Origin: Ministeria vibrans ATCC 50519 | Taxonomy: Eukaryota > Protista > Filasterea | Direction: 5' to 3' | DNA: 64,000 nt | Assembly (NCBI GenBank): GCA_943704425.1 | Contig: CALSCP010000733.1 | Location: forward strand, 65,872-129,871 | Part shown: piece by piece, positions 13,701 through 26,600 of the stretch | Numbering within the stretch: position 1 is the stretch's first letter | Layout of the letters: every line of letters starts with the position of its first letter | The notes under the pieces: model-generated | Seen by the model: the letters and a program-made list of their open reading frames with translations, nothing else | Database searches by the model: none | What the model was told of the DNA's origin: nothing | Position numbers and translations under genes: made by a program

Positions 13701-16700
13701 ACAACTTTGAGGGCGCACTAGTCATGCTCAACTCGCAGTTTCCCGCCAACTCCTGGGACGGTTTTCGGCTTCTTCTCGTCGACGTTCAGCCTTCCGTTGC
13801 TCCAAGCGATCTTGTCCGCCTTCTCTCTGTCATCCAGCGCCCCGGTCTTGTCTCATTTTTGATCTACAACGCAGGTGTTGTTGCAGGTCTGCGCTGTGTT
13901 GACCGCCTCTGCAGTCATGCGGAATGGTCTCGCTCAGGCACCGACAACTCAAGCGACATTGACTCCATCGCCCTGTCGCGTGTACTTCTTACCCGCCTTA
14001 CACCCGAATCGACGGACCGCCTGATCGAATTTGACTCATCCGACCGTGCCATCAGTGCTCTCTTTTTGGCGCTCAATGCGTCGGCGAGCGTCGCCCCCGA
14101 AGCAATCGTGAAAGCATGCCCGCCAATCCAGAAAACGTTGCTTCCGCCTGGTGCTGAGACAAGTGCCTGGCGCGAGCGTGTTGGTGACTTCTTTGACCTG
14201 GACGTGTCCACCGCCGACGATTCCGACTTTTCCAGCTACATTGTCAAGCGACATGATTCCGCCTCGCTCGGGCTCATGATCCTGGTGGGTGCCTCCCCCG
14301 AGTTTCTCACGGCCTCCCTTGAGGCCAAGCCCTGGGCCAACACCCTTTTTGAAGTCGACTCATCGCTTCGCTCTACCTCTTCCAGTAGCGCCACTTCGCA
14401 CAAGGCTGCATCGCAGCGTCGCTCCTCGTTTGCGCCCGACTCCCAAGGTGATTGGACGCAAAAACTCTTTTCCTTTCTCGAGACTAGCCGCGACCCTTGT
14501 CAACCTGTGCGCGTGATTGTTCACAAGGCACACCTGCTCTCAAAGAAGATGCGACGCGACATCGTATATGCGGCTATTGCCGCAAGCACTCGCACTCGCG
14601 GCCTTTCTGTGCGCCTCCTGTTCATCGAGCCCGCCTACAATCCGTGCTACGAGACAATTTTCGAGTCGTCCGATTTTGTCACGCAAGCCACGAAGAATGG
14701 CAGTGCGGCGCTCGTCACCAATGACTTGCACCCGCTGTGGTGCTATGCTGCGTCGCCCATTGACCCACTCCCACAGGATGCAACCGACTGCATGATCCTC
14801 GTGTGGTGTGTGCGTCGTGCTTTTTTGCTGCTCGGCTCGACTTTTGTCGCTCCGTCGCACTCCGATCCGGCTCAGCAAGAGAATCTCGGTCCTTCCTCCA
14901 CCCCCCACGAAGCACTCAAAACCGCAGCAACGAACCTGCCCGACAGCAACAAACTGTGCGAGTTTTTTCAAACGTACCCTCACGCTCTGACAAAGCTTGC
15001 GATGCTCACCAGCAACCTGAAACAGTCACACAATGTGGAACTCGACGAACTTCGACGTCTCGTCGTTTTCTCCGCCTCTGTCGCCCTTAAGGCAATGCAA
15101 AATATTGTGCCGTATGTTGTGCCGGAAACGGAAGGGCGCCCTGTCTTTGCGACCCTCGCCATGGCGACGCTTGCGGCGGTGGAGTTTGTCGGCCAACAGT
15201 CCGCCAGTAAATGCGTGGAGCTTGAGTGCACCTTTCCCAAATTCATTGAGCGATGGCCTCTCGCATGTATCGCCCCACAACATGTGCGTGTAGCCGCCTA
15301 TGTGAGCTTTCTGAAGTGCGCCATCGCATCCATTCGTGGCGCCCATGAGCACGACCAGGCATGTTCGCTCTGGGCCTTCAATGTGTTCCGCAAGGCCCAA
15401 GGTCGCTCGTTCACATCCTTGTTGCCCAATTTTCTTCAACCGTACGTGCTCTCGCGACGCTCTGCCTCTGAGACTGGCAACGGTAACGACCAAGGATCTG
15501 TCGGCTACCTACTAGAGACGACACCCCTTGCGACTTCCAGCGCCGCCTCTGCCGGCTTGGCTCACCTCGTCATCATGAGTGGCCGCCTTGATTACAACAC
15601 GCTCACCGACTCGTGGAACAACTTTGCATATGGCAGTGAGGCCCTGTTGACCATCCTCAAGTCTGGCAATGACCCACTGCTTTACTTGCTGTGTGTCTCC
15701 TCGGCGAGCCTCTCGCGTATTTTTCCAAGTCCCCATGCTTTGAAGATGAAAGTTACCAACGATTTGCGCAGACGATTGTGCGAACAGCTGTGTGCCTTGT
15801 CCGCCTATTTTCAATATGAGGAAGAGGCTCGCCGGCGTATCGGGACCGGTGGAGACTCAGCCAAACCCTTGGCGGAGAGACTCGATTGGCTTCTTGATCG
15901 CATCAGCTTTGTCAAGTGGCTCCTTGTCGCGTCTCACCTTGAGGATGCTCCTTCCGTTGCCTTTCACAGCGACGACCTTGACCGAGTCCTTGCACGAGGT
16001 CATGTTCCCTTGGATTCCGGCGACAGCAACTTGGATCCCACAGTCATTGCCATGCTACTTTGTCTCGACGAGCTCGGCAGCAACTCGGGCGAGAGTACAA
16101 CGTTGTTTCAGAGCCTCAAAGAAGTGAAACTCTCTGCGGTGTGGCTGCTGCTTGCTCGGGAAGATAAAGGCGCGGAAGAGAACGCGCGTGTTAGACTCCA
16201 GCTTGGCGAAGCATGGACCAAGAGCCTGAATGAATCTTTGTCGGCGCGCGACTCATCTGCGGATCATTTGACTCACCCCACGATCAACTCGCGTGCGAAC
16301 GTTCATTTCGACGATCGCTCCGATACGTCACTCGTAGACTATGTCGTGGAGACTCTTCTCAACTTGCCTAGGCTTGCCTCCTTGGATCAATATTCGCTCG
16401 TTTGCGATATGTCATTCAAATTCACGCCCAAAGCACTGGCTCGAGTCTGTCTTCATTTGGAGACACTCGATCGAGTTGACCAAGCCGCGATGTTGGCTCT
16501 TGTCCACGACAACATTGCCGCCACTGAAGTGTATCGTCAGGTCGTGGAAGTTGCCTGTGAGTTTCCTACCCTGAGCCGTCTTCTGAAATTTCTCAATGCT
16601 GTTGTTGCCATTGTGCTTCGCTGCGGATTCGAAGACTGGCGCGAACCCAAGCACCTCCAGCTGCTCCTTGCTCTTCGCCCGTCGTTTGCTCTTCCGGTGG

Positions 16701-19700
16701 CCCTTTTGGAGTTTCTCCTTATGTGTCTATCCCGTGATTCGTCTTTAACGTGTCTCCTCTCCGGTGATTCCCTTCCTTCCGAATGGCTTGAATATTATGC
16801 AAAGCGCTCGGATTCTGTACTGAGCAAAGCCGCGCAGCATGCGCTTGAAGTATTGCTGACCGTGCAACAGCAATCCACGCACCCCACCGCCTTGCTCCAT
16901 GACTTTGCTCTCAAATCGAGCTCCCCTGTCGCCATGGCCTTGCTCAGTCTCGTGTGGGCGAACGAGCCAAACCCTATGCAGGACCCGCGCGACCGTTTGC
17001 AATTTGTTGGCAAGCTGGTCATGGATGAGAGCACGGCCGACAGCATTGTCGATGGCGCGATGGCTCTCATGCAACAGTCGCTTGTTAATCGACATTGCTG
17101 GAGCTTGCGGTCGCTGGCAATCTTTGCTTCGTGTGTCTGGTGCATTTTTCCTTGCTCTGGTTTTTGCCCACCCCTGCTCGTGTGGCACTATCTTTTCGAC
17201 TCGTTGGAAGCATCAGCAGAGGAAGCCGGAGACAGCAGTGCTGAGTCAGCTGATCCCATTTTGCTATTGCTGTGGCGAGAGTCGCGAACACACAAGGCAA
17301 GCTACGATCACGCCACGGAGAGTTACACGAGAATGGGAGACATTGCCAAGGCTGTTTTCCTGCCAATGACAGCCGATCTGTCGGTACTCTCTGCCATTTC
17401 GCAACTCTTGCCAGACAACGACGCTCTTCAAATTAGCACCATTTCCTCGACAACCAAGACACACCCTGATGAGTCCAACGTACGCGCACTTGCGCATCCG
17501 TTATGGAGCTGGAATGACTTTGGTCGCTCCGATGGACCATTGTTGGCGCTGTTGTCCCGTGCATTGAATGAACTTCACAAACGTGATGCCGAATGGTGGC
17601 CCCGAGGTCCCCCCTCTTACGTTGACGCATTTGACGAAGATACTGTTTCTGGTGCCGAGTTTGACGACTATCAGCGTCTCTGGGGATCTGTGCGACGTAT
17701 CCAGCTGGACGCCGGCCTCTCAGTCGAGGTTTTAGCAAACAACATTGATGCGTACGCGAGCGCCTTGGCATTGCTTCATACACCTGAGCGTGAGACCGAC
17801 CGCGATGCATTTGATAACTGCGGTTACACTCTGGAGAATGCCTTAAATGCTGTCTGGTTGCTCAGTCTCTGGTTTGCGCGATGTGGAATCTCGTGGGAAC
17901 TTATTCCGCCTAGCTGCGATGCGATTCCAGACTTTCTAGTGCGACGCTTACATGAGAAGCACTTTGAAGGACTCACCGCCGTCCTTGAGACCGCTCTGGA
18001 TGGCGTGCGAGACGGCACCATTCACCAACTTCCCCAAGACATTAGCACCCGCATTTGCGGGATTGAGCACATGAGTGTGCAAACTCAACTAAGTTTTCAT
18101 GCAACAAACGAGTCAAATCTTTTTGATCACGGGCTGTCGAGCTTCAGCTACACGCTCGGCCGTCTGTTTGGCTTTGCACCGCGCTCTCTTGCTCACATTA
18201 TCGTCGGTGACGGCAATGGCAGCTGGCCACGCTACTCGCGTCACACAACCAAACGTGAGCGTTGTGAGAACCTCCTCCCGGACTGCACGCGTGCGATGCT
18301 TGACTTTGACGAGCAAGAAGATGAGTGCCGCTTCAAAGTGCGCACCGTCTTTTACTATTGTACGCTAAAGGACACCGCCGAGGCTCTGTATCCTGATCAG
18401 GATTTCCCCTCGGTTGTCTTTATGAAGCAGTACGTGTTTGATCCCGTTGAACAGTGGATGAAGACGTGCGACTTTGACATCGCTTCCCACAAGGTCCGAC
18501 GACGAACTGCAAAGTTCATGTTGTTACTGGAGGAGCTGCTAAAAGCGCAGGGGCAGTTTGATCACGTGATGGAGTTTAACAACGCGCACAAGTTTGAAAG
18601 CCTTGGGAAAGAGTGGCGGAGCAGTTCCGCGGATGTCAAGATACTCGACTCGCTCTCTACTCTGTATGAGGATGCCAAAGCACAGGAGCCGCGCATCGCG
18701 AATGACGAACTTACGTTGCAGAGGGAGATGCTGTCAACCATCCTGAAAAAAATCTATCCCGAGTTGACCGTGTCACCGGAGTCCGCTGCGCCGCATGTCG
18801 AATTTGAGCCTGTCGACGATGATTTTGACCTGAGTGACCTGACTTCCGTCGCCGAGGATGACACGGCGAGCGACAGTACGGATGTGAGCGAGCATGACAC
18901 CGACATTGATTATGCGACATTGTCTCCGCTCGCTCGTGTGGTGACCGTTCACGGCGATGGCGAGCAGGAAGCTCAGGGTGGCGCAACTTCGGCCGACGAT
19001 CATGAGGTGCTCAACGCGGCCAAAGTCCGATGGCTGTCGGAGGGAAAGCTCATTGTTGATGCAAGGGAGCTTCTCTTTCTACCTGAGACCGGCGCGGCCA
19101 GCTCCGAGATTAACGGTGCCCCCGAGCATGTGTACTTCAAGCGTATGCGCGTGCGTGATGGCGCGCAATGTTTTCTGATTTTGCACCACGCCGAGGCACT
19201 GATTCGTGAGAAGGCAACTTGTGACGCTTTCCATGCGCTCAAGGGTGGTTCTGCACCAAGGGACACGTCGTGCACCGACTTTACGTACGTGTCTTTCTGC
19301 AACAACGTCCACAATGTATGTCTCAAAGACGAGGTACTGCTCACGTTTGCAACCTATCGCGATGCGTGGATTTATCTGGACCGCACTCTCGGTGCGCGCT
19401 CCCTTGTCGTTGGACGAGGTATGTCGCTGTATCGCAATGGTGGACGGTCGTGGGAGGGTGTGGCGTTCATGCAGTCGCTCAGCCCCGATAATGTGATTTC
19501 TTTCATATCTGAGATCGACGCAATGGTGCCGTTTCTTCCTGGTGGCATTGCCGGATTACTTGGGCACTTGGACAAGAGAACGTCTTTGATTGAGTTCATC
19601 AAGACACTCGTGGTGAAACTCGTGCGTGGCGAGATGCTCAGCCGTGATGTTACCGAGAATGATTTCACGCACTATGTGAACAGCAAGTCAACAACTGGCT

Positions 19701-22700
19701 TGGATGAATCTGACTTTGGGCGTCTGTGGACGAAATTGGGTGTTGCGTTACGTGATCCTGTCTGGCTCCGGCGCATTTTCAGCATTGGTAGTGAGACGGA
19801 GGGATTTGGTGAGCTGGGCAAACTGATTGTGGGCGAGGAGAGACGTTTGACAGCGCCTGATCTGTTTGTGCTGCGGATGGGAACTGATAGTGGCAGTGGG
19901 GCTACAGAGGTGTTTTGTGACCTGCTGCGACGACGCAAAGACATTGAGTTGTCGTACCACTCGATGGCGGAGCTACCCGTGGCCGTGTCGTTTTCATCTC
20001 AGATTCTGAAGCGATGCGAACTTGAACTGCTCGAGGCAAAGGAGAGCAAGTCGAACGTTGCCTTTCAGCTGAAGGAGCTGAAAGGGTGGTTGCTAGATGT
20101 GCTATCGTCGCCGCTTCTCACCAAGACGATGAAAAGCTTCCTCGTCATCGTGGACCAGGGAGCCAAAGGGACATGCCTTCCCACCAATATTGCTGAGCAG
20201 GATCGCTTTGTCGCTATCATGCTTGCACGTTGCTGTCCCGTTCCGAAACTGCGCGACAGGCTGCTCTCATTTGTGGACACCGGCCGTTCCAACAAGGACC
20301 ATTCACTTGAACAGACATGTACTCAACGCCGCGACTTGCGCTACGGCGTGGTGGTGTGCAATGACTTGTCGGAACAACTGCTCACGCGACCCTTGACCGC
20401 CAGTGCTGTTGTGGTGATGAACGTGAAGAACGAGACTCCGAAGGACGACGCACTCTTCTTGCGTATTGTGAGCAAATTTGACAGCAACTTCCACATTGTC
20501 TATGTCCATGGGCTTCGCAAGGCAAGCGATATTCTGCTCAAATGGTGCTGCGAGTACACCTATCGCTGGCCGTGGCGATTCATCTTCTTTCAGGAACTCG
20601 ACATCATGTTCAACTTTCCCGAAATTCGCGACCGCATCCAGCACTTCCCGGTCGATGGACTTGACGACTCAAGACAGTCGTTTGCACTTGTGGAAGAGCA
20701 CCAGTGGGTGCGGGCGCACGAGAAGCTACCTGACGAATGTGCTGCTGCGGGAAATGATGCGCATTGTGCGCCGGCGACTGCGGGCGCTGAGGAGCGCAAT
20801 GAGGACGATGAGGACGACGAAGATGATGGTGTGTGCGATGAAGATGGGGACAACGATGGCGATTTGAATTTGTTTGATTGGCAGGAAAAGGCCAAGAAAC
20901 TGCTGGTGGGAGCTTCGTCGTGTGTGCTGCTGCTCACGTCGCCACCGGGGACAGGGAAAACATTTTTTGCCCGGGACCTGTTGAAGGAGGTTGACGAGAA
21001 GAAGTACAGTGAGACTGTTGTGGACGCGCGACGCTTTGACTGCAGCGACGATCGTCTGGTGGTGCAGAGTCTCTCGCACTTGCTTGACGAAGCGTTCCCG
21101 AGCCAGGGTCAGCGAGGTCTGCTGATTGCCGACGAGTTTCACTTGCTCAAACCTCACCAGAAGCGCGAGCTGTTCTCGTGGTTTACGCCACGACTGAGCA
21201 CCCTACGAGTGCTGCTTATTGGCAACCGACAGCTACGCGAAGATATTCAGCTCATCAGCGATCTGAAGAAGGAACAGGAGCCGACAAGTAAGGGGACACC
21301 ACGGAGGGATGGCCGTGGTGTCGCAGACGTCGAGGCGCAATCGTGCTCCTCCAAGACCGCGCCGGGCTGTAAAGTGCGCAAACTCATTGCGACGCTTTCT
21401 CCGAAACGCATTGTGAACGTGTGCTTGAACGAGAAGTCGTCCCTGTCGGATGACGAGAAATTTGCTCTTGAGTGGTGGTACACGTTGCTTTTGACTCTAT
21501 TTGGCCCCGAGGCATTGTCATTGCGCGATGCCTTTTACACAAGCCAAAAGGTTGCTCTGCCATTGCGAAACTCTCATACTGTCCAGTCGAACACGGCAGA
21601 GAGTCTTCGGAAGCGACTGCTTGTGAACATGCCACTCATGAGTGCGAAGATGGCAGGAGTGCTTGCAGAGAGTTTTGTGGAGGCTGTGCGCTCGGATAAC
21701 CACGATTCTCGCAGCTTGCCGTCGACCACGCTGCTTTCGTCACTGTGTCGGGTGGCTATAAAGGTGTCGCGACCTTTGGACAAGAGCCCCCGTCTAACGT
21801 CATTTGTCGCCTTTTGTCGTACCGAGTTGATGCAGCGCTACGATCCGGCGACGCGTGCCAAGGAATGGATCAAGAGAGTGCAGAATGAAGCGAACATTGA
21901 GGCGTCGTGTCAGATCATGCCCGCCGCACCCAACAGCATGTGGATCGACCAGGACCCTGTGCCTGTGGTCATGGACGAATCTCATGTGCACTCGCGCCAA
22001 CGTGCTGTTGTTCAGCAGGCCGGGGCTCTTGACGCTGCTAAGTCGTCGGGTGTGCACTTGGCGGTGGGTCTTGTGGAGCGCAATTTGACGCTTGAGCGAC
22101 TGCGCTATCTTGTGGTGCACTCGCAGCCGGTCAACTGGGTCTACGTGCAACGCCAGTGGAACACATTCAGCCCCGTGACAGATCTGCAGGCGTACGAGGA
22201 ACTGCTGCAGGCCTGCTCCAACCCAATTCTTTGTCTTCAGGCACTCGCCTGTGAGCTTCTCGACGCGTCGCCCGATATTGACCATGACCGGCGGAAGCAG
22301 GCCGAGTCACACTTTTGCATGCTGGCGGAGCGAAGTGCAGAACGCGATCGTCGGCATGGCATGGGCTTGATTGCGTCAAAGGTGTGGAAAGCGTTTTCGC
22401 TGAAGACCAAACTAAATGCTAATGAGCTGTCGGACGATGAGGCTGTGTCGGTGGAAAAGTCAGTGGGTGCGCTCGGACACAGCACTGTGCCGCAAATGTA
22501 CGCAGTGTGGCGCGGCCTGGTTCTGTGCGACCACCTGCGCGACGTTTCGGTGAGCGCAACGTCTCCGCTTGTGATTGACACACTGTTGTGGGCGAGCATC
22601 TCCGAGGACTTCAGCAATGTGTACGCTACGCGGGACAAGACTGACGGTGTGGAAACAAGGGTGAAAAAGCGGATTGTGCCGTTGCTTCTCAACGTGAGTC

Positions 22701-23206
22701 GCTCTCTCGCAAGCTGGTGGCTTCAGAGCAAGGACACGGCTAAGAGCGACAAAGCTGCAAAGCTCTTGTGCGATCTGTGGCGTCGTGGTGTCTTCCGTCA
22801 GCTTTTGAGCACGTCGGTGGTGCACCGTTTGGACACAAGCAGTCTGCTGTGTCTCGCTCGCCATGTCACCTCGCATCTGCTGGACGGCTCGCCGTGGCTT
22901 GCCGCCACCTCCAAACTGTTGAACAGCGACAATCAGCGTGATGAGGACAGTCTTGCTGGGTTTTGCAACGACCACGATTACCGGCGATGCATGAGAAGTG
23001 CCTCGGAGACGATGGGGACGCAGAGAGGTTTGCGCCTGGTCGCCGATCTTGCTTGCGCCTTTGTCCGTCGGCAAAGTGGTGCGAAAACTAGCTATAGCTC
23101 TGTCAAGGAATCGTTTCGAACCCTTTTGTCGGGCAAAGACTTGACTACTGTAGCGATCAACGAGGACGATCTTCAAAAGTTGCGAAGCGACCAGATTGTA
23201 CCTTGA
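10727..23206 (+). CDS. Giant multi-AAA-like P-loop NTPase, gene B (~4101 aa); predicted exons 10727-10908, 11004-11247, 11327-23206
   Basis: 3954-aa ORF plus two in-frame upstream exons (GT-AG, phases 2 and 0). Walker A LLLTSPPGTGKT at ~20927-20962, Walker B LLIADEFHLL at ~21119-21148, sensor-1-like VLLIGNR at ~21209-21229. An acidic linker precedes the ATPase. Confidence 0.92.
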
Positions 23207-23638
23207 TGGTGACCTGAGAGAGAGAGAATTAAACAAATTTATTAGTAATTATTTTGATTTTTTTCAGACTGACGAAATATTCTCTATATTGTACACTTTC
23301 CCTTTAACAGGTATTTAATTTAATCCTCTATACTAATTGCTAGTAATAAATGCTTTGCGATTCATAATAATAAATTTCACTCGCACACAATCTTGATACG
23401 TATTATGTCTGAGACTATCGTTCTTTTATCATCAGTCAGCAATGAGTGAGTCAATACGACGCTCCAGCCTCCAGTGCAACCACTTGAGTCATCAGCCTAT
23501 CCACTCAGTCGACAATCGGTTCACTAATCACTCATACCTCACTTAACTCTTCTCAATTTCACTTCTCAATCTTTTCACTCATTTCAGACTTCAGTCCATA
23601 TTCAATAATCAATTTCATTTTGTGTCTGCACCATCTCA

Positions 23639-26600
23639 ATGGAAACGCCAGACCCCGTCAGTACCGTGCGGGAGCCTGCATCGGGTTGCAGCTCGGCGCC
23701 GCCAGCCCCTCCGGCGTCGGCAGCGCCCTCAGGCGGCTGCGCGACTGTTCAAGCGGACCATGCGCGTGCCCACAGCCCCTCCGACGCCTCCCGCGCCTCC
23801 CCGCCGTCTGCATTCGAACAAGGTTTGTCCTACCCCCATGCCCGATCGTCCCATCACTCGACCACTTCACACTTTTCCTTTTCGATTTCACTTTTGTGTT
23901 CCTAATATTTTTTTTTTCTCTCTCGCTCTCTTGCTGACACTTCGACTGCGCTTGTGTCTCTGTCGCGCAGAGAACACTCCCTCGCATCCAGCGCTTTTTG
24001 AGGCTGTTGGTGATACGGCGCAGTCGAGTGACTCGTGCCCTGTGGAGACTCAAGTAGACGAGTTATCACAGCACTTGGCGTTGAGTGCGCTGGACGAAGT
24101 GGCCGACCAGATTGCGGCTGGCATTGTGGACGACCTCCTGGACGGGCTCGGGGCTGAGGATGGGGAGGAGCAGGATGCCGACGAGATTGCGGCTGGCATT
24201 GTGGACGACCTCCTGGACGGGCTCGGGGCTGAGGATGGGGAGGAGCAGGATGATGAGGACGATGGTTTCGACGAAGATGCGGCAGCGTCTGTGCAGGATG
24301 GGGATCAGCAGGGAGCAGACGACGATGGCGAGGACGACGATGGGAGCATGCAGATTGCAAGCGAGTCTGCCGTAGCGACTCGTCTTGAACATCTTCTGAA
24401 TGTGCTACCCGAATCACTGACACCCAAGAGCATTGGCGAGTTGCGCGCCGCCGGCACGTTGCCAAGCGCATGGCAGACGGTGTCAGACGAAGCACCAGGA
24501 CAACTGTTCCGTGTCATTGTACAAAAGCTCGCGCGCTCGCCGGTCAAGTTTCTTAGCATTACGTCTCTCGTAAGCGAACTCAAGAGCCCCGCTGCGCCCA
24601 CCGCCTTCACCGCCATGCTCAAGTGGATTTGCGAGCGCTGTCACGACACCGTCTTTCAGATTTTTGTGGACGGCATCAAAATGTACATTTCATTCAAGTG
24701 GGTCAACTGGGACTGGGAGGCGCTCTGCACCGTCCACGATTTTGTCCGCGAGTATGTTCAACGTGCCAAACTATCTGCGATTCCATTTGCTAACATGGCC
24801 GGCGCTTGTTCGGTCGGTGCCTTTGTCACGCAAAATGTACGCTCGCGTGGTCGCACTCGCGCCTTCTGTCAGTATTACTCCTCCGTCTTCGACGTCACCG
24901 TGTCTTCGGCTGCCCTCATTCCTCCCTTTGACACCGTCTCCCTTGCGGCCGTCAACTCCTCCTTGCTCTACGGTCCCGCCGTCAAGTCTACCGCATTGCT
25001 CTCGCCCACACAACTCGCTCATGTGGTCGCCCTGCAATACGCTCCACTCGTCGATTATGACGACTCTCACTTGCGTCACCTCACCCTGCCCGTCGTAGCA
25101 CTCGTCAATGGCCTTGTCGCCGTTGAATTTCCCTCGGTAGAGGCTGTTTTGGCAGCCAACTCTTCAAACGTGGTGGCGACCAATGATGAGACGATGGAGG
25201 AAGAGAAGCAAGTGGACAAGGATGTGAATGAGGTTGGCGAGAAGCGGGAGGTTGCGGTGGTTAAGACTGGTGGGGAGGCAAGCGAAAAGGTGGGCGAGGT
25301 TGCAGAGAAAAAAGAGGAGGGGGAGACGGACGAAAATGTAGAAGAGGAGGGGGAGGAAAAGAGTGAAGGCGAAGAAGAAGAAGAGGAAGAAGGTTGCGCG
25401 AAAGAGTCGAGTGCTGCTCTTGAGACTGTGACGGCCGAGTCCAAGTCTGATGTTTATCCAACTGCGGAGGCAGCTGTGTTGGAAGCGACAACAACACCAG
25501 TCACAACAGCAACAGTCGACCTGGTTGCAAAAGATGCGGATGTTTCCACTAACGTAGGCCAGACTGTTGCTTGTCTTCCTGCCGCCTCCATGACGTGGGT
25601 GTACTTTCCACGCACCCTTCTTGTGGCTGGCCGCACATTTGACAATGCTGAAGAGTACGAGCATGCCATGGACGTTGTTGCTCCAGGCACGCTTGTCTCC
25701 ATCACGTGTGTGCCCTTTCCACGCAAGACGACGACCTCCACGTGGCGTGTGATTGCCGCTTCAGCCGCCGCCGCGGAGAACACGAGCGATGAATCCACTG
25801 TCAAGACGGACGTGTGCATTCCCCGATATGTCCGCACCATTCGCCAAGCAATCTCGCAACGCAACGGCGTTCTTCACAAGAGTGCTCTCGAACCCCTTTC
25901 ACAGTCGAGCGGATCGCTACGACGTGCTCTTGCCGCTGCCGGCTCGCTCGAAAAATTTCTCATTCAAAACATTGCATTCTTTTTGCCCTTGCGAAACGAC
26001 CACCTCACCAACAACCCGGCGGCGCCGGGTCTCTCTAAATCCGATCGCCAATTTGTCAGCACCGCTGTGCGTGTGCCCGCATGCCAAGAAATGCGACCCA
26101 AAGTCGCCAAGAGCACTACCGTCACCGCTGCCGCTACCGCCATCGCCGCCTTTGCGACATCCAGTGCTGCAACAGCCACTACTGTCACCAATGCCTCGTT
26201 GATTCCCATGGAGCCCTCCATGATGACCGTGGCCGAAGAGGAAAAAGTGGTGTTGGCGCTCAAGGAAATTATTGGTCCTAAGGGCACCATGAAGACGCAA
26301 GTTGTCTGTGCAAGGCTTGGGACGCATCGCTTCATCAAGAATGACCTTGCTCACCTACGTCAGGGCAACATCACTTTGTTGAAGATTGCAAAGAATGTTG
26401 TTTCACGGCGCCCCTCACTTCTCCGCTTTGTCAACAAGGGTCTTGACGTGCAGTGGATTGCCTCTCCTGCCACCACCACCACCACCACCACATCCTCCTC
26501 CTCCTTATCTTCCGCTTCCGCTCCTGCTTCTGCCGCTACCACAACGACGACAGCAACACCGAGTGCGACGTCTTTCATTGCGTCGCCTGCATCACAAGCA

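Noticed and set aside
11342-23206. Calling gene A or B RNF213, midasin or dynein
   Set aside because: Only one intact Walker A/B, near the C-terminus; no contiguous six-AAA ring, RING, vWA or dynein motifs were recognised.
23622-23970. N-terminus of the 1703-aa ORF as listed
   Set aside because: It starts at GTG and reads through a pyrimidine-rich intron; ATG 23639 with intron 23823-23970 gives a phase-consistent model.
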